Assembly (NCBI GenBank): GCA_963782055.1
Contig: CAWAIF010000002.1
Location: forward strand, 128,001 to 192,000
Source: an uncultured delta proteobacterium
GTDB lineage: Bacteria > Myxococcota_A > Polyangia > Polyangiales > Polyangiaceae
Direction: 5' to 3'
Length of the DNA: 64,000 nt
The notes beneath the pieces are model-generated. The model did not search any database, was not told the origin of the DNA, and saw only the letters and a program-made list of their open reading frames with translations. The stretch's first letter is position 1. Each line of letters begins with the position of its first letter. The position numbers and the translations under genes were made by a program. Below are positions 26,851-36,347 of the stretch, piece after piece.

Positions 26851-27375
26851 TCAGCGTCGCGAGACGTACTCGTCCAGCACGTTCGCCGCGATGTCCGCGA
26901 GGATGCCGTCGGTCACGCGCAGGCGCCGCGAGAGGTCACGCGCGATGTTGAGCGTGATGAGAGCGTACGACTTGAGGTCGTGGCGGTAGAGCGCGTCCAG
27001 GTCCTCCGCCGCGATGCGAAGGAGGCGCGTCGGCGCGAGGGCGCGGACGGTGGCGGAGCGCGGCTGCACGTCGATGATGGACATCTCTCCGAAGCCGTCG
27101 TTCGGCCCGAGGATGGCGACGCGCTGCGCGCGGCCGCGCCGGCTCTTCTTGAGCACCTCCACCTCGCCCTCCAGCACCACGTACATCTCGTGCGCCGGAT
27201 CGCCCTCGCGGAAGATCTCCGCGCCGGGGGAGTGCAGCGCTTGCCGGAGCGTGTCGGTGAGGTGGGTGATCACCTCGTCGGAGAGGGCCCCGAACAGGCC
27301 TATCTCCCGCAGGCGCTCCACCGAGAGCGGCTGCTGTGCGGCGGGCGCGACCGGGACGCGAGGCTGGCTGGTCAT
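26851..27375 (-). CDS. Cyclic-nucleotide-binding domain protein (stand-alone, no HTH)
   Basis: IFREGD, MYVVLEGEV, FGEMSII, PRSATVRA. Confidence 0.88.
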   Translation of the reverse strand: MTSQPRVPVAPAAQQPLSVERLREIGLFGALSDEVITHLTDTLRQALHSPGAEIFREGDPAHEMYVVLEGEVEVLKKSRRGRAQRVAILGPNDGFGEMSIIDVQPRSATVRALAPTRLLRIAAEDLDALYRHDLKSYALITLNIARDLSRRLRVTDGILADIAANVLDEYVSRR

Positions 27376-27812
27376 GGGAGCTCCTTGGTAAATACGATGC
27401 GGCGGCGACCCTTCCCGGCGTAGTCGTCGACCTCTAGCGCCTGCCATCCGACCGCAAGGTGGAAGCGGAGGGAGCCCTCGTTGCCCGCCGTGGTGATGGC
27501 CTTCATCCGCACGCAGCCGGTGGTGGCCGAAGCCTCGGTGAAGCGCGTGTACAGCTCGCGGCCCACGCCCTTGCGGCGGTGGTCGGGGTGGATGCCGACA
27601 AGGTGCACGTAGCCGGTGCGGACCGGCCGCTCCGCGACGAAGCCGAGGAGGAAACCGATCATCGAGCCCTCGTCCTCTGCCACCAGCGCCATGTCACCGA
27701 ACTCGTGGAAGAAGATGGGGTGGGCGAAGGTGCTGATGGGACCACCCCACCAGTGGTCGATCACCTCGACGATGGCGTCGAAGTCGGCCTTGACGATCTT
27801 GCGCGTGACCAT
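27372..27812 (-). CDS. GNAT acetyltransferase
   Basis: YVHLVGIHPDHRRKGVGRELY, NEGSLRFH; ATGA overlap. Confidence 0.88.
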   Translation of the reverse strand: MVTRKIVKADFDAIVEVIDHWWGGPISTFAHPIFFHEFGDMALVAEDEGSMIGFLLGFVAERPVRTGYVHLVGIHPDHRRKGVGRELYTRFTEASATTGCVRMKAITTAGNEGSLRFHLAVGWQALEVDDYAGKGRRRIVFTKELP

Positions 27813-27900
27813 GCGGATCGCCAGAAGACTCAGAGATTTGTGCGTCGGACGCAAGCGGGCGCTCGTGCATCGCCGCCGGTACTCGCCTATCGTGTCGGGC

Positions 27901-28584
27901 ATGGCTGCCGTGCGCATCGCTCCATCCATCCTTTCGGCCGATTTCGGGCGCCTCGCGGAGGAGGTGGCCCGCGTGGAGGCGGCGGGGGCCGACCTCATCC
28001 ACGTGGACGTGATGGACGGACGCTTCGTTCCCAACATCACCATCGGCCCGCCGGTGGTGAAGGCGCTGCGGCGGGTCACCAAGCTGCCGCTGGACGTGCA
28101 CCTGATGATCGTGGAGCCGGAGAAGTACCTGGACGCCTTCGCCGACGCCGGGGCGGACACCATCCTGGTGCACGTCGAGACGTGCCCGCACCTCAACCGC
28201 ACGCTGGACCACATCCGCAAGCGGGGGAAGCGCGCGGGCGCGGTGCTCAACCCTTCCACGCACGAGGACACGCTGCGCTACTCCGTCGACGCCCTGGACC
28301 AGATCCTGGTGATGAGCGTCAACCCCGGCTTCGGCGGGCAGTCCTTCCTTCCGCTCGTGCTGCCCAAGATCGCCGCCATCCGCGAGATGGTGGGCGCGCG
28401 CGCGGTGGACATCGAGGTGGATGGTGGCATCGCGCCGGGGACGGTGGGCAAGGCCGCGGCCGCCGGCGCGCGCGTGATGGTCGCGGGGAGCGCGGTGTTC
28501 GGCGAGGGCGACGACTACGCGAAGTCCATCGCGCGGCTCCGCGCGGAGGCCAACGAGGCCATCGGCTCAGGGGAGAAGCGGTGA
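27901..28584 (+). CDS. rpe: Ribulose-phosphate 3-epimerase
   Basis: IAPSILSADF, HVDVMDGRFVPNIT, DVHLMI, MSVNPGFGGQ, EVDGG. Confidence 0.97.
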   Translation: MAAVRIAPSILSADFGRLAEEVARVEAAGADLIHVDVMDGRFVPNITIGPPVVKALRRVTKLPLDVHLMIVEPEKYLDAFADAGADTILVHVETCPHLNRTLDHIRKRGKRAGAVLNPSTHEDTLRYSVDALDQILVMSVNPGFGGQSFLPLVLPKIAAIREMVGARAVDIEVDGGIAPGTVGKAAAAGARVMVAGSAVFGEGDDYAKSIARLRAEANEAIGSGEKR

Positions 28585-29945
28585 GGCGCGGCGGCTGGTG
28601 CGCCGCGCTCGTCCTCGTCGCGTGCGGCGGCACCCCGAAGGCGGCGCCGGTGGCCCAGGTGCCCATGGCGCCGCCCCCCGCGACGCGCCCGCCGGACCTC
28701 CCGCCCATCACCCACGCGGCCAGCGCCCGGGAGGCGGAGGCCGCCGCGCGTGTGAAGAAGATGCTCGCCAAGGTGGTGGCGGTGCGCGGCCTCGCCCCCA
28801 CGCGCGACGTGCCCGGCGTCATCCTCTCGCGCGACGAGCTGATGGCCCAGGTGAAGAAGCACATCATCGCGGAGGTGCCGGCCGCGGACATCCGCGAGGA
28901 GGGCGAGACCTACCAGCTCCTCGGCCTCATCCCGTGGAAGTACGACTACGAGCAGGGCACCTTCGACATGCTGCACTCGCAGCTCGCCGGGTACTACGAG
29001 CCGGCGGACGGGACGATGTACATGGCGGCGGACCTGGAGGGAGATGGCGCGTACCTCACCCTGGCCCACGAGCTGGATCACGCGCTGCAAGACCAGCACT
29101 GGGACCTGAAGAAGCGCTCGAAGTACGCGCCGGGCCACTCCGACGCGCAGCTCGCCCAGTCGTGCCTCGCCGAGGGGGACGCCACCAGCACCATGCTGGA
29201 CGTGATGCTCCAGCCCACCGGCAAGACCGCCGTCGACGTGCCCGACTCCATGCTCGACTCGTCGATGCTCGCCAGCATGAGCGCGGGTTCGGGCTCCTCC
29301 GCGCCGCCCTTCATGATGACCTCGCTGGTGGCGCCCTACGCGGAGGGCATGCTCTTCGTGAACACGCTGCGGCGGCAGGGCGGCTGGGACGCGGTCGACC
29401 GCGCGTGGGATCGCACGCCGTCGACGACCGAGCAGATCCTGCACGTCGACAAGTTCGACCAGGGCGAGGCCGCGCTCGACGTCGCCGACCCCACCTTCGC
29501 CGCGCTGGGCCCCGGCTGGACGGGATCAAACGCCGACACGCTGGGGGAGCTGACGCTGCGCCTGGTGCTGGGCCAGTGGCTCGGCGAGACGCAGGGCAAC
29601 GCGCTCGCGGCGCACTGGGGAGGCGACCGCGCGCTGGTCGTCTCGGCGCACGACAAGGCGGCGTTCGTCTGGCACATCCGCTACGACGCCGACGCGCCGT
29701 CGCAGCCGTCGGCGGTGCTCAAGGCGCTCGAGCGCGTGCTGGACGCCGCCGTCGTGCGCGAGCCCACCTTCGTCTGCAGCGAGCGGGCGGAGCTCGGCCC
29801 GCTGGCGGTGGCGCGCAAGGGCCACGATGTCCTGATCCTCGCCGGCCCGGCGAACACGCCCTCCGGCGCCTGGACCTCCGCGGGGACGTGCGCCCTCGCC
29901 CGGAAGTGGGCCGCGGAGCTCCTCGCTCAGAAGCGGAAGGTGTAG
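28581..29945 (+). CDS. Lipoprotein, putative zincin metallopeptidase
   Basis: GTGA overlap; LVLVAC lipobox; AGYY, LAHELDHALQDQH, LAEGDAT, STTEQILH. Confidence 0.78.
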   Translation: MRRGGWCAALVLVACGGTPKAAPVAQVPMAPPPATRPPDLPPITHAASAREAEAAARVKKMLAKVVAVRGLAPTRDVPGVILSRDELMAQVKKHIIAEVPAADIREEGETYQLLGLIPWKYDYEQGTFDMLHSQLAGYYEPADGTMYMAADLEGDGAYLTLAHELDHALQDQHWDLKKRSKYAPGHSDAQLAQSCLAEGDATSTMLDVMLQPTGKTAVDVPDSMLDSSMLASMSAGSGSSAPPFMMTSLVAPYAEGMLFVNTLRRQGGWDAVDRAWDRTPSTTEQILHVDKFDQGEAALDVADPTFAALGPGWTGSNADTLGELTLRLVLGQWLGETQGNALAAHWGGDRALVVSAHDKAAFVWHIRYDADAPSQPSAVLKALERVLDAAVVREPTFVCSERAELGPLAVARKGHDVLILAGPANTPSGAWTSAGTCALARKWAAELLAQKRKV

Positions 29946-30610
29946 GTCGCGAAGGCGCCGGTGGCGCTCGCCCCCACGCGCAGATCGCGCAGCTCGCGCG
30001 CCGCGCGCATCGTCTTGGGGGGGAGCAGGTACGGGAGCAGCGCGCCGGTGAAGGAGAGCCCGCCGGTGAGCAGCAGGCGCGTGACGCGCTCCTCGGTGGT
30101 CCAGTCGAGCGGCACCGGGCCGGTGGCGATGTTCTCGAACACCGGGCCGAGCACCATCGACAGGCCGGCGATGGCGAAGGCGAGGGGCCAGCTGGTGCGC
30201 ACGACGCCCTCCGGCGGCTCGGTCGGGGCCCAGTGCATGCTGCACTTCGGCATCGCCGGGTAGATCGCGCCCGCCATCACGCCGAAGGTCAGGCCCACGA
30301 GGCCCGGGCCGATGGTGCGCACGCCGGGCTGCGGGTCGAACTTGAAGACCTGCGTGTCCAGCACGATGGCGCCCGCGAACAGCAGCGGCGGCACGGTGAG
30401 GTAGAGCCAGTCGGGCGAGCCCGCGCGATCGCACAGCTCGCGCTCGCGCGCGTCGCGCGGGTAGATGTCGGTCGCTGCCGGCGGGGGAGGGGCCGGCGCG
30501 GTCTCCGCGGGCGGAGGAGGCAGGGCGTCCAAGGCGGCGCGAGCATAGCGCGGACGGTGCGGATGCAAAGTCCCGAGACCCGGCGGCCCGATGGAAGTCG
30601 TGTCCGGAGC
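29927..30610 (-). CDS. Hypothetical membrane protein (start uncertain)
   Basis: ORF 29927..30667; hydrophobic segments; C-terminal YTFRF. Confidence 0.55.
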   Translation of the reverse strand, partial: APDTTSIGPPGLGTLHPHRPRYARAALDALPPPPAETAPAPPPPAATDIYPRDARERELCDRAGSPDWLYLTVPPLLFAGAIVLDTQVFKFDPQPGVRTIGPGLVGLTFGVMAGAIYPAMPKCSMHWAPTEPPEGVVRTSWPLAFAIAGLSMVLGPVFENIATGPVPLDWTTEERVTRLLLTGGLSFTGALLPYLLPPKTMRAARELRDLRVGASATGAFATYTFRF

Positions 30611-30633
30611 GGGATGGAGGTTATGCTGGGCGC

Positions 30634-31254
30634 GTGCCGGCGCGCGCCTTCTACACTCAGGACGCAAAGAAGCGGACGGCCGAGTCCATCAAGAAGGTGG
30701 AGGCGCTGACCTCTGCCGAGGTGGTGGTCGCGGTCCGCCCGCGCGCGGGCTCCTACCGCACGACCGACGTCTACTTCGGCTTCTTCTGCGCCTGCGCCAC
30801 GCTGGGGTTCATGTGGCTCTCGCCCATCGTGTTCTCTCCGCTGGCGATGCCCTTCGACACCTTGCTCGCCTTCGCGCTGGGCACGCTGGTGTGCGCGCAG
30901 GTGATGCCGCTGCGCCGGCTGCTGACGCCGCGCCGCCTCGTCGAGCACTTCCTGCACGTCGAGGGGCGCGCCGCCTTCTACGACCTGGGCATCTCCCGGA
31001 CGACCGGGCGCAACGGCATCCTCGTCTTCGTGGCGATGCTGGAGAAGCGCGTGGCCATGCTCCCCGACGTGGGCGTGGACGTCGCGTCGCTCGGCGGCGG
31101 GTGGAGCGCCTCCGCCGCGGCCCTCGAGGCCGCGGTCCAACGCGGCGATCTGGACGGCTTCCTCTCCGCCCTGGAGACCCTCGGCCCGGTGCTGGGCGAG
31201 GCGATGCCGCGGCAGGAGGGCGACGTCAACGAGCTGCCGGACGAGCCGACGTGA
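30634..31254 (+). CDS. TPM-domain (DUF477-like) membrane protein
   Basis: IKKVEALTSAEVVV, TTGRNGILVFVAMLEKRV, DVNELPD. Confidence 0.85.
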   Translation: MPARAFYTQDAKKRTAESIKKVEALTSAEVVVAVRPRAGSYRTTDVYFGFFCACATLGFMWLSPIVFSPLAMPFDTLLAFALGTLVCAQVMPLRRLLTPRRLVEHFLHVEGRAAFYDLGISRTTGRNGILVFVAMLEKRVAMLPDVGVDVASLGGGWSASAAALEAAVQRGDLDGFLSALETLGPVLGEAMPRQEGDVNELPDEPT

Positions 31255-32768
31255 TGCGGGGGCGACGCGTCGACATGGTCCGGGCCCTCGCGTGGCTCGG
31301 CGCCCTGGCCACCCTGCTGGTGCCCATCTGCGCCTTCGCGCGGCCGGGTGGCGGGCATTCCTTCTCCGGCTCGCACTCCTCGGGCGGCGGCTTCTCCGGG
31401 GGCCACTCCAGCTCCGGCGGCGGCAACGGCGGGGCCATCATCTACCTGATCGCGCTCTGCTTCGAGCACCCGACGATTGGCATCCCGCTGCTCTTCGTGG
31501 TCGTCGTCTTCTCCATCGTGCGCCGGCGGCTCTCCTCGTCCGCGCGCGGGTGGAGCAGCACCTCCGGGTTGGCGTCGCAGCCCTTCCAGCCGCAGCCGGT
31601 CGCGTACTCGCAGGGCGTCTCGCGGCGGTCGCTCGACCAGATCCGCCAGAACGATCCGGAGTTCTCGACGGTGCTGTTCGAGGACTTCGTGTACGTCCTG
31701 TACGCCGAGATGCAGCGCGCCCGCTCGCGGGCGGGGGGGATGTCGCTCGCCGCCTACGTCAGCCCGCAGGTGCTCGCGCAGCTCTCGCGCGAGCAGGTGG
31801 ACGCGGTGCAGGGCGTGGTGATCGGCGCCATGCGCGTCTTCAGCATCAACCGCCTCCCGACGATGTGGCAGGTGGTGCTGGACTTCGAGGCGAACCTGAC
31901 CGACGTGGTCGGCCAGCAGCAGGTGCGGCGGTACGTGGTGGACCGCGTGACCCTCGTCCGCGGCTTCCAGGCGCGCAGCCGCCCGCCGGCCCGCTCCCGC
32001 ACGCTGGATTGCCCCAACTGCGGCGCCCCGCTGGCGTCGCTCCGCGGGGACGTGTGCAGCTATTGCCACCAGCAGGTCGGGATGGGGCGCTTCGACTGGT
32101 CGGTGACGACCGTCGCGCGGATGAAGACCGAGACACGCCCGCCGCTCATGACGAGCGACGTGGCGGAGGAGGGCACCAACCTGCCCACCGTGCGGTCTCC
32201 GGGCGTGGACCAGCGTCTCGCGGCCATCTCGCAGAAGGACCCGACCTTCGCCTACAACACGCTGCTGCAGCGGGTGAACCTCATCTTCCAAGAGATGCAG
32301 GCGGGGTGGTCCAACCGCGACCTCTCGCGCTCGCGGCCGTTCCTCAGCGACAACCTCTTCCAGTCGCAGATGTACTGGATCGATCTGTACACGCAGAACC
32401 GCGCGCGCAACGTCACCGAGAAAGCGCGCATCACGCACGTCGACCTCGCCGAGGTCGCCGGCGACGCACACTTCGATTCGATCACCCTGCGCATCTTCGC
32501 CACGGGCCTGGACTACACCATCACCGACGAGGGCAAGGTCCTCTCCGGCAGCCGCCACCGCGAACGCCCCTACAGCGAGTACTGGACGCTCATCCGCGGC
32601 GCCGCGCGCAAGGGCCCGACGCACACCGCCCCCGAGTGCTCCAACTGCGGCGCCCCGCTGAAGGTGAACATGGCGGGGAGCTGCGAGTACTGCAAGGTGA
32701 AGGTCACCAGCGGGGACTTCGACTGGGTGCTCTCCCGCATCGAGCAGGACGACAGCTACACCGGGTGA
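31254..32768 (+). CDS. Protein with two Tim44-like domains and two zinc ribbons
   Basis: ARPGGGHSF Gly-rich N-terminus, TM, DPEFS/DPTF, CPNCGAP..CSYC, EYWTLIR, CSNCGAP..CEYC, DWVLSRI. Confidence 0.82.
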   Translation: MRGRRVDMVRALAWLGALATLLVPICAFARPGGGHSFSGSHSSGGGFSGGHSSSGGGNGGAIIYLIALCFEHPTIGIPLLFVVVVFSIVRRRLSSSARGWSSTSGLASQPFQPQPVAYSQGVSRRSLDQIRQNDPEFSTVLFEDFVYVLYAEMQRARSRAGGMSLAAYVSPQVLAQLSREQVDAVQGVVIGAMRVFSINRLPTMWQVVLDFEANLTDVVGQQQVRRYVVDRVTLVRGFQARSRPPARSRTLDCPNCGAPLASLRGDVCSYCHQQVGMGRFDWSVTTVARMKTETRPPLMTSDVAEEGTNLPTVRSPGVDQRLAAISQKDPTFAYNTLLQRVNLIFQEMQAGWSNRDLSRSRPFLSDNLFQSQMYWIDLYTQNRARNVTEKARITHVDLAEVAGDAHFDSITLRIFATGLDYTITDEGKVLSGSRHRERPYSEYWTLIRGAARKGPTHTAPECSNCGAPLKVNMAGSCEYCKVKVTSGDFDWVLSRIEQDDSYTG

Positions 32769-32816
32769 AAACGCGGGGACTTGGGGGCCGCCGAGCTTCG
32801 TGTCATAACCCCCGGG

Positions 32817-34217
32817 ATGCGAGTGCCTGCGCACGTGTTCCGCGAATACGACGTCCGGGGGGTCGCCGACAGGGACCTCGACGACGAGCTCGTCCATGCC
32901 CTGGGCCTGGGTATCGGCACCATCCTCTCCGGCGGGTCGCGCCTGCGTATCGCGCTGGGCCGCGACTGCCGCGTCTCCAGCGAGCGCCTCTACCGCGCGC
33001 TGGTGCAGGGGCTGGTGTCCGCCGGCGTCCACGTCATCGACGTCGGAGTGGGGCCGACCCCGCTGCTCTACTTCGCCGTCCACCACCTCGACGCCGACGG
33101 CGGCGTGATGATCACCGGAAGCCACAACCCGGCCGAGGACAACGGCTTCAAGATCATGCGCGGCCGCGCCAGCTTCTTCGGCAAGGACATCCAGGAGCTG
33201 CGGCGCATCATCGAGAACGAGGAGCTGGTGCGCACGCCCGGCGGGAAGGTGGAGGCGATCGACGTCTCCGACGACTACGTGCAGGCCACGACGAAGGACA
33301 TCGTCCGGCCCACGCTGCCGCTGCCGGTGGTCGTCGACGCGGGTAACGGCTCCGGCGGCCCGCTCGCGCTGCGGTGCCTGCGCGCCATCGGCGTGGAGCC
33401 GGTGGAGTCGCTCTACTGCGACATGGACGGCCTCTTCCCGAACCACCACCCCGACCCGACCGTCCCCAAGAACCTGGAGCAGCTCATCGCCCGGGTCGCT
33501 GCGACGGGCGCGCGCGTGGGCATCGCCTACGACGGCGACGCCGATCGCCTGGGCGCCATCGACCAGAACGGCGACATCGTCTGGGGCGACAAGCTGATGA
33601 TCCTCTTCTCCCGCGCGGTGCTCGCGAAGAACCCCGGCGCGGCGATCCTCGGCGAGGTGAAGTGCTCGCAGACGCTCTACGACGACATCGCGAGCCACGG
33701 CGGTCGTCCCATCCTGTGGAAGACCGGCCACTCCCTCATCAAGGCCAAGATGAAGGAGGAGCACGCGCTGCTCGCCGGCGAGATGAGCGGCCACCTCTTC
33801 TTCGCCGACCGGTACTTCGGCTACGACGACGCCATCTACGGGTCGCTGCGGCTGCTGGAGATCCTCGGCTCGGACCCGCGCAGCCTGGGGGAGATGCTCG
33901 CCGACGTGCCGCGCACCTTCACGACGCCGGAGATCCGCGTCGACTGCCCGGACGACCTGAAGTTCGACCTGGTGAAGGCGGTCACCCGCCGCTTCGAGTC
34001 CGGCGGATTGCCCGTGGTGAAGGTGGACGGCGCGCGCGTTTCCTTCCCCTCCGGCGGCTCGGCGCCCTCGTGGGGTCTGGTCCGCGCCTCCAACACCGGC
34101 CCGGTGCTGGTGATGCGCTTCGAGGCGGGCTCGGAGGAAGAGCTCGCGCGCATCCGCAAGGAGATGGAGACGGCGGTCGACGAGGAGCGGTCTCGCCTCG
34201 TCACGGGAGCCGCGTGA
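32817..34217 (+). CDS. Phosphomannomutase/phosphoglucomutase
   Basis: FREYDVRG, ITGSHNP, DGDADR, GEMSGH, VRASNT. Confidence 0.95.
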   Translation: MRVPAHVFREYDVRGVADRDLDDELVHALGLGIGTILSGGSRLRIALGRDCRVSSERLYRALVQGLVSAGVHVIDVGVGPTPLLYFAVHHLDADGGVMITGSHNPAEDNGFKIMRGRASFFGKDIQELRRIIENEELVRTPGGKVEAIDVSDDYVQATTKDIVRPTLPLPVVVDAGNGSGGPLALRCLRAIGVEPVESLYCDMDGLFPNHHPDPTVPKNLEQLIARVAATGARVGIAYDGDADRLGAIDQNGDIVWGDKLMILFSRAVLAKNPGAAILGEVKCSQTLYDDIASHGGRPILWKTGHSLIKAKMKEEHALLAGEMSGHLFFADRYFGYDDAIYGSLRLLEILGSDPRSLGEMLADVPRTFTTPEIRVDCPDDLKFDLVKAVTRRFESGGLPVVKVDGARVSFPSGGSAPSWGLVRASNTGPVLVMRFEAGSEEELARIRKEMETAVDEERSRLVTGAA

Positions 34218-35086
34218 CCCAGAGCGAGCGGACCGAGCCGTGGACGATCGCCGCCGTGCTCCGCTGGGCGGCCGATGACTTTCGCTCGCGCGGGATCGAC
34301 AACCCGCGCCTGGACGCCGAGGTCCTGCTCGCCCACGCCCTGTCCGTCTCGCGCACGCAGCTCGTCATCGACGGCCCCAAGCCGCTCGCGGCGGAGGAGC
34401 TCGGCCGCTTCCGCGAGCTGGTGAAGCGCCGCCGGTCGCGCGAGCCGGTGGCGTACCTGCGGGGGGAGCGCGAGTTCTACGGGCGGCGCTTCGCGGTGGA
34501 CTCGCGCGTGCTCATCCCGCGGCCGGACACCGAGGCGCTCGTCACCGTCGGGCTGGAGCGCACGCGGCACCTGTCCCTCTGCGCGCGGACGGCCGACCTC
34601 TGCACCGGGAGCGGGTGCGTCGGCGTCACGCTGGCGCGGGAGCGCCCCACGACGAAGGTCACCCTCGCCGACGTGAGCCCCGACGCGCTGGCGCTCGCCC
34701 GGCACAACGCCGCGCGCCTCGGCGCGTACAACGTGGCGTTTGCGCTGGCGGACGTCTTCGGGGAGCTCGCCGGGCCGTTCGACCTGGTCACCGCCAACCC
34801 GCCTTACATCCCGGCCGCCGAGGTGCCCGGCCTCTCGCCCGACATCGTGCGCTTCGAGCCGCGCCTCGCGCTGGATGGCGGGCCGGCGGGGCTGGACGTC
34901 ACCGCACGCATCGTCGCCGACGCGCCCGCGCGCCTGGCGCCCGGCGGCGTGCTCGCGATGGAGGTGGGCGCCGGGCAGGCGGACGCCGTGGCCGCCCTCC
35001 TCGGCGAGCGCGGCTTCGCCGATGTCGTCCGCACGCGCGACTACGCCCGCATCGAGCGGGTCGTCTCCGGCGTGTGGAGAGGCTGA
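34214..35086 (+). CDS. prmC: Release factor glutamine methyltransferase
   Basis: EPVAYLRG, VLIPRPDTE, DLCTGSG, NPPY, ALDGG. Confidence 0.95.
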   Translation: MTQSERTEPWTIAAVLRWAADDFRSRGIDNPRLDAEVLLAHALSVSRTQLVIDGPKPLAAEELGRFRELVKRRRSREPVAYLRGEREFYGRRFAVDSRVLIPRPDTEALVTVGLERTRHLSLCARTADLCTGSGCVGVTLARERPTTKVTLADVSPDALALARHNAARLGAYNVAFALADVFGELAGPFDLVTANPPYIPAAEVPGLSPDIVRFEPRLALDGGPAGLDVTARIVADAPARLAPGGVLAMEVGAGQADAVAALLGERGFADVVRTRDYARIERVVSGVWRG

Positions 35087-35093
35087 GCTGGTG

Positions 35094-36329
35094 ATGCGTC
35101 TGACGGGCTTCCTCGTCTTCCTCACCGGCGCGTCGGCGCTGGTCCACGCCATGCTCTACGTCTGGGCGGTGGACGCGTTTCCGTGGGTGCGCGCGCGCAA
35201 GCGCCTCCTGCGTCGCGTGCTCTATGGAGTGGTGGCCGTGCTCCCGGCGGTGCGGGCGGTCACGCTGGTGTCGCAGTCCTCGGTGGCGGGCGCCGCCCTG
35301 GCGTTGCTCACCACCGAGCTGGTCGTGGTCTTCTTCGCGTCCCTCCCGATGATCGCGGTGCGCGGCGCGTCGCGCGCCATCTTCCGCGACAGGTCGGGCA
35401 AGCTGGGGCGGGCCGCGCCTGCCGCGCCCGCTGCCCCCGGGGCGCAGCTCGCGGACGAGCGCGCCACCCCCCCTGCGCACGTCACCCGCCGGCAGCTCCT
35501 CGAGGGAGGCGGCGGGATCCTCGCGCTCGGCACGACGGGCGCCGTCATGGGGTGGGGTGCCCTGCGAGGTCGCTACGAGTTCGGCATCCAGGAGGTGCCG
35601 GTCCGCATCCCGGGACTTCCCCGCGCGCTGGACGGGTACACCATCGGCCAGGTGTCCGACCTGCACGTCGGCACCTTCCTCTCCGAGCACGCGCTCCGCC
35701 AGGGCCTCGGCGAGCTGGCCCGCGTGAAGGCGGACATGGTGGTCGTCACCGGCGACATGGTGGACTTCGACCCGCGCTACATCCCGGCGATGGTGCGGGC
35801 GCTGGGTGGCATCCGTGCGCGTGATGGCGTCTACTCCATCCTGGGCAACCACGACTACTACACCGGCGCGGCCGCGGTGACCGCTGCGCTCCGGCAGGGT
35901 GGCGTCGACGTGCTCGTCAACCAGGGGCGGCTGGTGCGGCCCAAAGACGGCGGCGGCTTCGCGCTCCTGGGGGTCGACGACCTCTGGGGTGCGCACACCG
36001 GCGGCCCCGGCCCGCGGCTGGATCGCGCGCTCTCCGCGGTGCCGGAGGACCGGCCGCGCGTCCTGCTCTCCCACCAGCCGCGGTCGGTGGACCTGTGGGC
36101 GGGGCGCGTGGCGCTGCAGCTCAGCGGACACACCCACGGCGGGCAGATCAACCCCGGCTTCCGCCCTGCCGACATGCTCATGAAGTACGTCGCCGGTCGC
36201 TACGACGTGCCGAGCCTCGGCGCCTCCTCCACCACGCTGTACGTCAACCGCGGCTTCGGCGTGGCGGGCCCGCCGGTGCGCGTCGGCGCCCCGCCGGAGA
36301 TCACCAAGATCATCCTCGTCGCGGCCTGA
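35094..36329 (+). CDS. Membrane-bound metallophosphoesterase (YkuE/YaeI-like)
   Basis: N-terminal TMs; SDLH, TGD, GNHD, SHQP, SGHTHGGQ. Confidence 0.92.
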   Translation: MRLTGFLVFLTGASALVHAMLYVWAVDAFPWVRARKRLLRRVLYGVVAVLPAVRAVTLVSQSSVAGAALALLTTELVVVFFASLPMIAVRGASRAIFRDRSGKLGRAAPAAPAAPGAQLADERATPPAHVTRRQLLEGGGGILALGTTGAVMGWGALRGRYEFGIQEVPVRIPGLPRALDGYTIGQVSDLHVGTFLSEHALRQGLGELARVKADMVVVTGDMVDFDPRYIPAMVRALGGIRARDGVYSILGNHDYYTGAAAVTAALRQGGVDVLVNQGRLVRPKDGGGFALLGVDDLWGAHTGGPGPRLDRALSAVPEDRPRVLLSHQPRSVDLWAGRVALQLSGHTHGGQINPGFRPADMLMKYVAGRYDVPSLGASSTTLYVNRGFGVAGPPVRVGAPPEITKIILVAA

Positions 36330-36347
36330 CGCTGCTACGTTGCAACC

